Shown here piece after piece: positions 9,051 through 16,991 of a stretch of DNA of 64,000 nucleotides. The notes below the pieces were generated by a model. The model was not told the DNA's origin. It was given only the letters and a program-made list of their open reading frames with translations, and made no database searches. Source of the stretch: a bacterium (GTDB taxonomy: Bacteria > Patescibacteriota > Minisyncoccia > Moranbacterales > UBA2206). The translations under genes were made by a program, and so were the position numbers. Location of the stretch: the NCBI GenBank assembly GCA_030654225.1, contig JAURXY010000015.1, forward strand, positions 397-64,396. Reading direction: 5' to 3'. The first letter of the stretch is position 1. Every line of letters starts with the position of its first letter.

Positions 9051-10583
9051 ATGCAAGCAAAAAACAAAATAAAAATTTTTGTTTTTCTTTTTATCTTGCT
9101 TCTGGCAGGTTTTTTTAGTTTTAAAATAAATTGTAAAGCAGAAGAATTTCCACCGGAAGAAACGGAGGATTATTCAAAAATCAAAATCAATGAAATCTAT
9201 CCCGCTCCCAACACCAAAATTGGCGAGGAAGAATTTGTGGAGATAATAGATGAAAGCGAAGAAGAAATTGATTTTTCCAATTGGATAATCAAAGATTCCA
9301 AAGGAGCTAAAGGAAAAATTTCCAAAACCAAAAAGGATGGCGGTTTCGTTGTTTTTTATGGTTCTTTTTCACTTAACAATGATTCTAATGGCGACACAGT
9401 TTTTCTTTATGACAAAAAAGATGCCTTAATCACTAGTCAAAAATATTCCGCTGGGAAAACTGCCTATTCCTATTCCTTTGATGGATCAGCTTGGCGCTGG
9501 ACTTCTTTTGCCACCCCAGGAAAAGAAAATTCTTTTGACAAAATTTTGTCAGGAAAAATAATCCTGAGCGAAAAAATATATCCTAAGATTTATGCTTATT
9601 TTGACGTCAAAACTGACCGCGATGCCCAAAAATTCACTTGGAATTTTGGTGATGGCCACAAAAGTTATTTGAAATCCACCAAACATAAATATGAAAAAAC
9701 TGGAGAATATTCTGCTAGTCTCAAAATTACTGGAAACGGCGAAGACGCGCTTTATGATTTTGTCGTTAAGGTAGAAAAATATAGCGCACCAAAAATTAGT
9801 ATTGTGAATCTTTCTCCGAATCCCAAAGGCAGTGATACAAAAAAAGAATGGATTGAAATTAAAAATGAATCCAAGAAAAAAGTAAATCTCAAGGGTTGGT
9901 CAATTGCTACGGGATGGAAAAAACTCATCAATCATCCTATTCGCGAAAAATTTGAAATCAAGCCCGGCAAAACCAAAAAACTTCTGCGCGACATTTGCGC
10001 CTTTACTCTGGTCAACACCAAAGACAAAATTGAACTGCGTGATCCATCCGGCAAAACTGTGCAAAAAATAAAATATGATCACGGCAAAAAATCCGTTAGC
10101 GAAGACGGGACTTATTCAAAGATTAATGGTAGCTGGGAGTGGATAGAGACACAAAATGACACAGAATTAAAACAGAACAACACAGAAGCCATTGAAAATC
10201 CCCTTCTCCCTCTGGGAGAAGGTGCCCGAAGGGCGGATGAGGGGGCTAGTGCCACAACAGAGGAAGATATTCTTATTATCCCCGACTCCGAAATCCAAGC
10301 CAATCTCGGAAAATATACTACTTCACCAGATTGGCAAAAAAAGCAAAAAGACCGCCTAATTTTGGCTTATTCAAAGCACACCATAACTTTTACCGAAAAC
10401 TTACTCTCTCAAAATACTAGGGTTTTAGGTGTAATGACAGGTTTTAAACCTGTTTCTACGGAAAATTATTATTCTTTCACTACTCCATCAAACCAAAAGC
10501 ATTGGGCAACTTCGTTTTTTGATTCAATTTGGCTAAAGTTAAATTTTTCCATAAATTATATCCTCTTGAAAATTGCAATCTAA
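9051..10583 (+). CDS. Secreted multidomain protein: lamin-tail domain (LTD), PKD domain, second LTD.
   Basis: Signal/TM at the N-terminus. LTD pattern (INEIYPAPN...EFVEI...NWIIKD) appears twice. PKD pattern (WNFGDGHKS...YEKTGEYSASLKITG) lies between them. Confidence 0.7.
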   Translation: MQAKNKIKIFVFLFILLLAGFFSFKINCKAEEFPPEETEDYSKIKINEIYPAPNTKIGEEEFVEIIDESEEEIDFSNWIIKDSKGAKGKISKTKKDGGFVVFYGSFSLNNDSNGDTVFLYDKKDALITSQKYSAGKTAYSYSFDGSAWRWTSFATPGKENSFDKILSGKIILSEKIYPKIYAYFDVKTDRDAQKFTWNFGDGHKSYLKSTKHKYEKTGEYSASLKITGNGEDALYDFVVKVEKYSAPKISIVNLSPNPKGSDTKKEWIEIKNESKKKVNLKGWSIATGWKKLINHPIREKFEIKPGKTKKLLRDICAFTLVNTKDKIELRDPSGKTVQKIKYDHGKKSVSEDGTYSKINGSWEWIETQNDTELKQNNTEAIENPLLPLGEGARRADEGASATTEEDILIIPDSEIQANLGKYTTSPDWQKKQKDRLILAYSKHTITFTENLLSQNTRVLGVMTGFKPVSTENYYSFTTPSNQKHWATSFFDSIWLKLNFSINYILLKIAI

Positions 10584-10668
10584 ACTGCTAAGATTAAATT
10601 ATATAATATGCACTAACAATTTCGTACGGAACAATAATTATTGTTCCCTAGCGTAATTTCATGAATCT

Positions 10669-11388
10669 ATGTCAGGACACTCACATTGGGCGGGAATCAA
10701 ACAAAGAAAAGGGGTAAATGACGCTAAGCGCGCCAAGATTTTCACAAAGCTCGCCAAGCCAATTGTCATTGCCGCGCGTGAAGGTGGTGGCAACCCAGAC
10801 ACAAATTTCAAGCTTCGCATGGCTATGAAAAAAGCTCAGGAATTCAATATGCCTAAAGACAATATTGACAAAGCAGTCAAAAAAGGCACAGGTGAAATGA
10901 GTGGCGCAGAAATTGTTGAAATCATCTACGAAGCCAAAGGTCCTGGAAACATCATGATGCTTATCAAGACTTCCACCGACAACAAAAACCGTACAGTGAG
11001 CGAAATCAAAAGCATTCTCACTAAAGCTGGTGGGAAATTTGGTGAATCAGGCAGTTCCATGTGGAATTTTGAGCAAGTCGGTGAAATCACTATTGATCTA
11101 TCCGGCAAAGATGCTGACGAACTCGAAATGCTCGCCATCGAAGCTGGTGCCAAAGACACGAAAATTGATGGCAACTTGCTTTTTGTCTATACCGAAACCC
11201 AAGACCTGCAAAAAGTCCAAGAAAAATTAATGGCAAATAATATTGAAATTTCTGAATCAAATTTAACTTTCCTTCCAAAATCTACCGTCGAAATTGACTC
11301 CGCCACCCAAGAAAGCTACGACAAACTTCTCGAAACTCTTGATGATCAAGAAGATGTGGAGGAGATTTTTGATAATATCGCATCATAA
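10669..11388 (+). CDS. yebC: YebC/PmpR-family transcriptional regulator (TACO1 family).
   Basis: MSGHSHWAGIKQRKG...AKRAKIFTKLAK...REGGGNPDTNFKLR is the invariant YebC N-terminus. Confidence 0.95.
   Translation: MSGHSHWAGIKQRKGVNDAKRAKIFTKLAKPIVIAAREGGGNPDTNFKLRMAMKKAQEFNMPKDNIDKAVKKGTGEMSGAEIVEIIYEAKGPGNIMMLIKTSTDNKNRTVSEIKSILTKAGGKFGESGSSMWNFEQVGEITIDLSGKDADELEMLAIEAGAKDTKIDGNLLFVYTETQDLQKVQEKLMANNIEISESNLTFLPKSTVEIDSATQESYDKLLETLDDQEDVEEIFDNIAS
11342..11380. repeat. Direct repeat copy 1 (39 bp, the yebC 3' end: CTTGATGATCAAGAAGATGTGGAGGAGATTTTTGATAAT).
   Basis: A near-identical copy (2 mismatches) lies at 12598-12636. The two copies bracket the DUF4143 ATPase gene. Confidence 0.7.
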
Positions 11389-11453
11389 TCAGACTTGACA
11401 AATAACTATATTAGATTTAATATAGGGAATATAATACCTAAATTAAGCGTAAT

Positions 11454-12581
11454 ATGAAGAATAGAATCATCAAAAAAGCCCTACAAAAGCAGTTTTTTCA
11501 AGGAAAAGCGATTATTTTAGTTGGCGCAAGACAAGTAGGTAAAACTACCTTAACCCAAGATCTAATTAGTAAAAAAGACACTTTGTTTTTTAACTGCGAT
11601 AACCCAAGCGAGCGCGAATCTCTCAATGAAAAAGATTTGGATTATCTAGAAAAAATTATTGATTCAAAAAAAATAATTTTTATTGACGAAGGTCAAAAAG
11701 TAAAAAGTATTGGGCAAACCGTCAAACTTTTAGTGGATAGATTTAAAAAAGAAAAACAAATAATCATCACCGGCTCTTCCAGCATGAATCTGCTTGACCA
11801 GACAGCTGAGGCACTCACAGGAAGAAAAATTGTTTTTAACTTATTTCCGTTAAGTTTAGAAGAGCTTTTTCCTAAAAAAAATCCATTAGAAATTTCAAAA
11901 AATTTGGAAAGTTTGCTTATCTTTGGATCATATCCGGAAGTAATCAACCAAAAATCTTTTGACAAAAAAAGAAACATTTTGGAAGAATTATCTTCATCGA
12001 ATTTATATAAAGACATTTTAGAATTTCAACAAATAAGAAATTCCGCCGTGATTTTCAATCTTCTCAAAGCGCTGGCTTTTCAAGTCGGTTCAGAAGTTTC
12101 CTACAATGAGCTGTCCAATACTATTGGAATAGACAAGAAAACAGTTGAAAAATATATCGATTTGTTGGAAAAAAATTATATCCTCTTTCGTTTACCACCA
12201 TATTACAAAAACAAAAGAAAAGAAATTTCCCAATCTAAAAAAATTTATTTTTACGATCTGGGAATTAGAAATGCTATTATCAATAATTTTAATTTATTGG
12301 ATTTTCGCGATGATATTGGAGCACTTTGGGAAAATTTCATAATCAATGAACGCCTAAAATACCAATCCTATCATAAAATTTATTCCAACAACTATTTTTG
12401 GAGAACCTATACCGGCGTTGAAGTAGATTGGATAGAAGAGCATGATGGAAAACTTTTTGGCTTTGAATTCAAATTTAATCCTAAGAAAAAAATAAAAGCT
12501 CCCGCCTCTTGGCTAGAAACATATCCCGAATCTTCTTGGAAACTAATAAACAAAGAAAACTTCACAGATTTTATCGCATAA
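11454..12581 (+). CDS. AAA-family ATPase with a DUF4143 C-terminal domain.
   Basis: Walker A ILVGARQVGKTTL, Walker B IFIDEGQ, and the conserved C-terminal architecture of the AAA_14+DUF4143 family. Confidence 0.8.
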   Translation: MKNRIIKKALQKQFFQGKAIILVGARQVGKTTLTQDLISKKDTLFFNCDNPSERESLNEKDLDYLEKIIDSKKIIFIDEGQKVKSIGQTVKLLVDRFKKEKQIIITGSSSMNLLDQTAEALTGRKIVFNLFPLSLEELFPKKNPLEISKNLESLLIFGSYPEVINQKSFDKKRNILEELSSSNLYKDILEFQQIRNSAVIFNLLKALAFQVGSEVSYNELSNTIGIDKKTVEKYIDLLEKNYILFRLPPYYKNKRKEISQSKKIYFYDLGIRNAIINNFNLLDFRDDIGALWENFIINERLKYQSYHKIYSNNYFWRTYTGVEVDWIEEHDGKLFGFEFKFNPKKKIKAPASWLETYPESSWKLINKENFTDFIA

Positions 12582-12597
12582 TTATTTTTGAAATCCT

Positions 12598-12636
12598 TGA
12601 TGATCAAGAAGATGTGAAGGAAATTTTTGATAATTT
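12598..12636. repeat. Direct repeat copy 2, a displaced remnant of the yebC 3' end (encodes LDDQEDVKEIFDNL-stop).
   Basis: See 11342-11380. Confidence 0.7.
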
Positions 12637-13465
12637 ATAATTTCCCATTCTTTATCCTCGCTAATTCATCTCGAAGCATCATTAGCGTTTCTTGTTTCAA
12701 AATTTTTCGAATCATTTGAAAATTGTCATTTGACAAAAGCATATTCAAATCTTGATCGATAATTTCTTGGGTTATTTTATCTTCAACAAAAACCACCAAA
12801 TCCTCAAAGAATTTTTCTATTGAACATTTTCTTATGTCTTCTATAATTTTTGCATCATAGCGAAAACCATTCCAAAAAAAATAATGAACATCGTATACAT
12901 CGCGACCAGCAATACGGCCATTTTTTTCAAAGCGATTGATAAGTGCCACTAATTTATTCGCCACCATCGTTTCTCTCGTTTGGCAATTCACAATACGATC
13001 AATTTCCTCTAGCTGAGCGCTTTCATATTGATTAAATTGCGGGACAGGAAAGCATATATCTATTTTTAGCGTATTTCTTCCGCTCGCAGAAGTTGGATAT
13101 TTCAAAAAATATTGTGGGACATTACGACTCTTGTCTTTTATCTCCAAGCCAAGCTTTTGAAAAATTTCTTCCATTTTTTCTTGAACTTTTTTGATTTCTT
13201 CTTTTTCACTAATATAATCAAAATCCAAATCCACTGAAAATCGATCCAAAAATCCTCGCATAGCCGCGCAAGTTCCGCCTTTGAAATATAAAACTGTCGA
13301 CAAAAAGGCGTCGTCAAATAGTGCACTTAGAAGACGAAACATCCACGCTTTATGCTCGGCATCTTTTGCAGTTGGGGTAATCATTTTTTTTGTTTTTTTA
13401 ATTATTATTTTTATCGATTTTGTGGATAACCTATTTCTCTTTGAATGGCGCGCACTTTTTTCCAA
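12635..13465 (-). CDS. AbiEii/AbiGii-family nucleotidyltransferase toxin (type IV TA).
   Basis: YFKGGTCAAMRGFLDRFSVDLDFDY matches the DUF1814/AbiEii signature (FKGGTAL...RFSEDLDF). Confidence 0.78.
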   Translation of the reverse strand: MEKSARHSKRNRLSTKSIKIIIKKTKKMITPTAKDAEHKAWMFRLLSALFDDAFLSTVLYFKGGTCAAMRGFLDRFSVDLDFDYISEKEEIKKVQEKMEEIFQKLGLEIKDKSRNVPQYFLKYPTSASGRNTLKIDICFPVPQFNQYESAQLEEIDRIVNCQTRETMVANKLVALINRFEKNGRIAGRDVYDVHYFFWNGFRYDAKIIEDIRKCSIEKFFEDLVVFVEDKITQEIIDQDLNMLLSNDNFQMIRKILKQETLMMLRDELARIKNGKL

Positions 13466-13998
13466 TCAATCAAACGATCGCCGTCAAAATAACATCGGGG
13501 ATTGAAATATAAAATATCCGCCACCGCTCTTTCTGTTGACGCAACCTGCACCCCATTTTCCAAGACAATTCCAGCGTCATTATATAAATATTTATCCGCC
13601 AAACGACGACAACGATATTCTCGACCAGCAACAACAAAAGTTTTCGAAATAGAACTGATGATTGAAGTTTTTGGAATTTCTTGAAAAATTATTCCATTCC
13701 TAGCCAAAATTGTTTCGGTGCTAATATAAGCATAGCGATGCAATATTTTCACTCCCAAAAGAAAAGAATCGATTTTTTCCGCTGGCTGGAGAGAATAAAG
13801 ACCTCTTTGAATTCGCGTAATTAACCCCTCTTTAGCATATCGCTTGAGCGTAGTGTGTAGTGTATTGGGGTTTTTTATCTGCCATAAATTAGCCAAATCG
13901 TCGCAGTGAAAGACTAAAATGCCCATTTTAGCCAACTCAGCAAATCTTTGCTTATATGAGCCTTTATTTAATTTTACGGTATTTTTAACTGTACTCAT
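13411..13998 (-). CDS. AbiEi-family antitoxin / transcriptional regulator.
   Basis: Upstream of AbiEii and overlapping it by 55 nt; the size and N-terminal wHTH-like region fit. Confidence 0.7.
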   Translation of the reverse strand: MSTVKNTVKLNKGSYKQRFAELAKMGILVFHCDDLANLWQIKNPNTLHTTLKRYAKEGLITRIQRGLYSLQPAEKIDSFLLGVKILHRYAYISTETILARNGIIFQEIPKTSIISSISKTFVVAGREYRCRRLADKYLYNDAGIVLENGVQVASTERAVADILYFNPRCYFDGDRLIDWKKVRAIQREIGYPQNR

Positions 13999-14048
13999 AT
14001 GTACAGTATAGCAAACTTAGGATGTTTAGTCAACTACTTCCTGCGCGA

Positions 14049-14084
14049 ATCTTGCGCGAATCTTGCGTGAATGATTTATTTGTA
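14049..14084. promoter_or_regulatory. Three tandem 11-bp repeats (CTTGCGCGAAT) upstream of abiEi, a candidate operator.
   Basis: cctgcgcgaatcttgcgcgaatcttgcgtgaatga read directly. The AbiEi family is known to autoregulate through repeats in its promoter. Confidence 0.4.
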
Positions 14085-14175
14085 CTATATTTATCTCATA
14101 AATCAGCGACACCTGAATTATACTAAATGTTCACGTATAAACGAGATATTCAAAATATTATAAAAATTTAAAAAT

Positions 14176-14472
14176 ATGAACATCACTTTTGAAAAAATAG
14201 ACGAAATATTAAAAATTCTCAATATAGGGAAAAGTTTCCGTATTTTTGGTGGAATTGGGCTTTTAATATCTTTATGGACGACAAACGAACTAGCACTAAA
14301 AATATCTTTAATCACTTTCATTTTTGGAGCACTTTCTAGAATAGTAGAAATGATAAACAAAACTCAAAAAATAAAGGATAGTATCCTTTGGCAAATTACT
14401 TTTTGGATGATATTTTTAGTGCTATACACCGTATCAATTAATGTTCAACTAAATATTTTTAAATTTTTATAA
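14176..14472 (+). CDS. Small membrane protein, hypothetical.
   Basis: 98-aa ORF with 2-3 TM segments in an AT-rich accessory patch. Confidence 0.35.
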   Translation: MNITFEKIDEILKILNIGKSFRIFGGIGLLISLWTTNELALKISLITFIFGALSRIVEMINKTQKIKDSILWQITFWMIFLVLYTVSINVQLNIFKFL

Positions 14473-14529
14473 TACATCGCCTAACAAGAAATATTCGGTT
14501 CACAAAATTAATTAAATTATTTTAATCCT

Positions 14530-14745
14530 ATGAAGAAAAACTATGTCGTGCTCATCTTGGTTGCCCTTCTTATAGCTGGACTTGCTTTTTATCGATATGA
14601 TTATCGTCCATCTAAAATAAAGCGACAATGCTCCGCAGAAGCTAGATTCGCCTCAAGGGCGACTAATGAACCGAACGATGCAAAAAGACAAGAATACATA
14701 AATAGGTATTACGACGATTGCTTGATGCGATTCGGATTAAAATAA
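14530..14745 (+). CDS. Small exported or TM-anchored protein, hypothetical.
   Basis: 71 aa with an N-terminal hydrophobic helix. Followed by a 62-bp repeat that also follows the 15232 ORF. Confidence 0.35.
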   Translation: MKKNYVVLILVALLIAGLAFYRYDYRPSKIKRQCSAEARFASRATNEPNDAKRQEYINRYYDDCLMRFGLK

Positions 14746-14803
14746 TTTTATTTTTAACGCTTGCTCATCTAAATTTGTCTCCGCTACGCTACGCCAAACT
14801 TCG
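14742..14803. repeat. 62-bp direct repeat, copy 1 (TAATTTTATTTTTAACGCTTGCTCATCTAAATTTGTCTCCGCTACGCTACGCCAAACTTC).
   Basis: Identical copy at 15427-15490. Both sit immediately 3' of small ORFs. Confidence 0.6.
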
Positions 14804-14830
14804 GATATTCCTAGGCGTTAGCTGAAATAC

Positions 14831-15142
14831 ATGTTTTTTCAAGAATCTATATTTTTGATAATTAATAATCAAACGCATATGATAAACCCAGAAACAAAAA
14901 AAGAATTTACAGAAGCTGAATTATTGCATGTTATCATGGAAGATGTCGGGAGACTTGCAACAATAGAAAATACTCTTCGAGAAGAAGGTGAAAATTTACC
15001 TTTATACAACAGAGTCAGAGGCATTGAAATGCGCACCTATGAAACAGTGAATGTTTTGTTTGCAATAAAACGATTACTTACAGCTCTAACGTGTCTCGTA
15101 GCAGGAATTGCGCTATTATTATTTGCAAAATTCTTTTTTTGA
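14831..15142 (+). CDS. Small protein with a C-terminal TM helix, hypothetical.
   Basis: 103-aa ORF. Confidence 0.35.
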   Translation: MFFQESIFLIINNQTHMINPETKKEFTEAELLHVIMEDVGRLATIENTLREEGENLPLYNRVRGIEMRTYETVNVLFAIKRLLTALTCLVAGIALLLFAKFFF

Positions 15143-15231
15143 AGTTAAAAGTTTTAAAAACATGTACATCAGCTAACACGGCATAGCCGATTCGCTCACT
15201 AAACAAAATTATTTTTAAACTCTTTAAATTT

Positions 15232-15426
15232 ATGAAAGTATTTTTTGATCCAAGATCTTATAAAATTGCAAACGGCAAATGGGTGCCAAAATTCCATAAA
15301 ATCACTCGGGGGTATCCTACTAAGATACAAGAAAATGGTTTCGGCGATAAGCAATTTGACACCAAAGAAGAAGCAAATAAATATGTTATTGAATACTGTT
15401 TACAACAAGGCTATGTTCAGGTATAA
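15232..15426 (+). CDS. Small hypothetical protein.
   Basis: 64-aa ORF followed by the 62-bp repeat. Confidence 0.35.
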   Translation: MKVFFDPRSYKIANGKWVPKFHKITRGYPTKIQENGFGDKQFDTKEEANKYVIEYCLQQGYVQV

Positions 15427-15490
15427 AAAATAATTTTATTTTTAACGCTTGCTCATCTAAATTTGTCTCCGCTACGCTACGCCAAACTTC
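15427..15490. repeat. 62-bp direct repeat, copy 2.
   Basis: See 14742-14803. Confidence 0.6.
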
Positions 15491-15602
15491 TCGCATCACT
15501 AACGTTGTGTCGAAATGTCGCACGCTATAATTTTCATTAATAACCCTCCTGGGTTATTTTTTATCTCTAAAATAATTCACTGCCCTTTAAAAAAAATTCC
15601 TT

Positions 15603-16181
15603 TTGAGCTATAATATAGATATGAAAAATAAATCAAAAACTTCAAAATCAACTTTGCGAATCCTAGGTGTTGATCCTGGGACGGCCACCACTGGTTGGGC
15701 AATATTAGAAGAAAAAAGTGGCGAGATGAAACCCTTGGCCTATGGCCATATTAGCACCAGTCCCGAAAAATCAGATGACGAACGAATTTTGGAAATATCC
15801 AAAGATTTGAAAAATATTATTGAAAAATATCAACCTCAGGAAGCTGGCATTGAAGAAATTTTCTTCTTCAAAAATCAAAAAACCATCATTACTGTGGCTC
15901 AAGCTAGGGGAGCAATTCTATTGACATTAAGGCAAAATAATGTTAGAGTGTCCAATTACACTCCCCTCCAAGTCAAACAGGCGATCACGGGCTATGGGCG
16001 AGCGGATAAAAAACAAATGCAGACTATGACCAAGAGTATTTTGAATTTAGTAGAGTTGCCAAAGCCGGATGACACAGCCGATGCTATTGCGATTGCGCTT
16101 TGCCACATCAATAGTCGAAAAATTAATAACCTTAATCGCGATTCGAATCAACGAATGCATTCGAATCTACGAATAAACTAA
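15603..16181 (+). CDS. ruvC: Holliday junction resolvase RuvC. The C-terminal ~15 aa are encoded by the CGAAT repeat array and may be read-through.
   Basis: RILGVDPGTATTGWAIL, the catalytic Asp/Glu arrangement and ADAIAIALCH are a RuvC signature. Confidence 0.9.
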   Translation: MSYNIDMKNKSKTSKSTLRILGVDPGTATTGWAILEEKSGEMKPLAYGHISTSPEKSDDERILEISKDLKNIIEKYQPQEAGIEEIFFFKNQKTIITVAQARGAILLTLRQNNVRVSNYTPLQVKQAITGYGRADKKQMQTMTKSILNLVELPKPDDTADAIAIALCHINSRKINNLNRDSNQRMHSNLRIN

Positions 16182-16239
16182 ACAAAAATTCGTAGATTCG
16201 AGAATTCGCATATATTTGTAGATTCGAATCGGTATAATT
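16137..16239 (+). promoter_or_regulatory. Array of TTCG(A/T)AT / TTCGTAGATTCG repeats ending in TTCGTAGATTCGAATCGG-TATAAT-TATG, a promoter element for the 7TM gene.
   Basis: Read directly. The -10-like TATAAT lies 4 nt before the ATG. An almost identical element precedes the next gene (16897-16991). Confidence 0.5.
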
Positions 16240-16890
16240 ATGAATACTAGTCCAATAATTGATTTTTTTCTTGGCCAAGGAGTGCCATTCACCACAGTTA
16301 TTCTCATTCTAATGTTGCCAATAATTGCTACTTTCATCGCCTTCCTTCGCCAAGTAGTGGGCATTAAAGCTTTTGGAATTTATGCTCCATTGATCGTGAC
16401 TTTTGCCTTTCTGGCGACCAATGGCTTGAAATATGGTATCGCCATTTTTGTTACTGTCATTTTTTCTGGCATGCTGATGCGTTTTGTCTTGAAGCCTTTT
16501 CGTTTGCTCTACCTTCCTCGTGTGGCCATTATGCTCACGGCGGTGGCTATTTTGATTTTAGGAATTTTGGTTATTGGTGGAGAATTCAAAAGAACGGGGT
16601 TGGCGGCGGTTTCTATTTTCCCAATTCTAATTATGATAACGATTGTGGAAAAATTTGTAGCAGTGCAAATTGAAAAAGGTGACAAAGCGGCAATAGTTTT
16701 GGCTATTGAAACTTTGGTCATTTCTATTCTAGGTTTTTTTATCGCGAGCTCCAGTACCCTCATTCACTTTTTAGCCCTTTATCCTTGGGCAGTGCTTTTT
16801 ACTATTCCTATTAATATAATGCTCGGCAAATGGACGGGACTGCGCGTTAGCGAATATTTTCGCTTTCGCAAGATAATGAAGAATCTATGA
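16240..16890 (+). CDS. Seven-transmembrane protein, a 7TM_transglut-like module without the transglutaminase domain.
   Basis: Seven hydrophobic helices counted in 216 aa. It sits immediately upstream of the ATP-grasp/DUF785 gene, the conserved partner arrangement. Confidence 0.65.
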   Translation: MNTSPIIDFFLGQGVPFTTVILILMLPIIATFIAFLRQVVGIKAFGIYAPLIVTFAFLATNGLKYGIAIFVTVIFSGMLMRFVLKPFRLLYLPRVAIMLTAVAILILGILVIGGEFKRTGLAAVSIFPILIMITIVEKFVAVQIEKGDKAAIVLAIETLVISILGFFIASSSTLIHFLALYPWAVLFTIPINIMLGKWTGLRVSEYFRFRKIMKNL

Positions 16891-16896
16891 CCGACA

Positions 16897-16991
16897 CGAA
16901 ATTACGAAACAAGAACGAATCTACGAACAAAAATCAAAAAACATTTTCGTAGATTCGCATTAAATTCGTAGATTCGCATCGGACAATTATT
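16897..16991 (+). promoter_or_regulatory. Second copy of the repeat promoter element (...TTCGTAGATTCGCAT TAAA TTCGTAGATTCGCATCGGACAATTATTATG).
   Basis: Read directly; the last 30 nt are near-identical to the element at 16210-16239. Confidence 0.5.
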
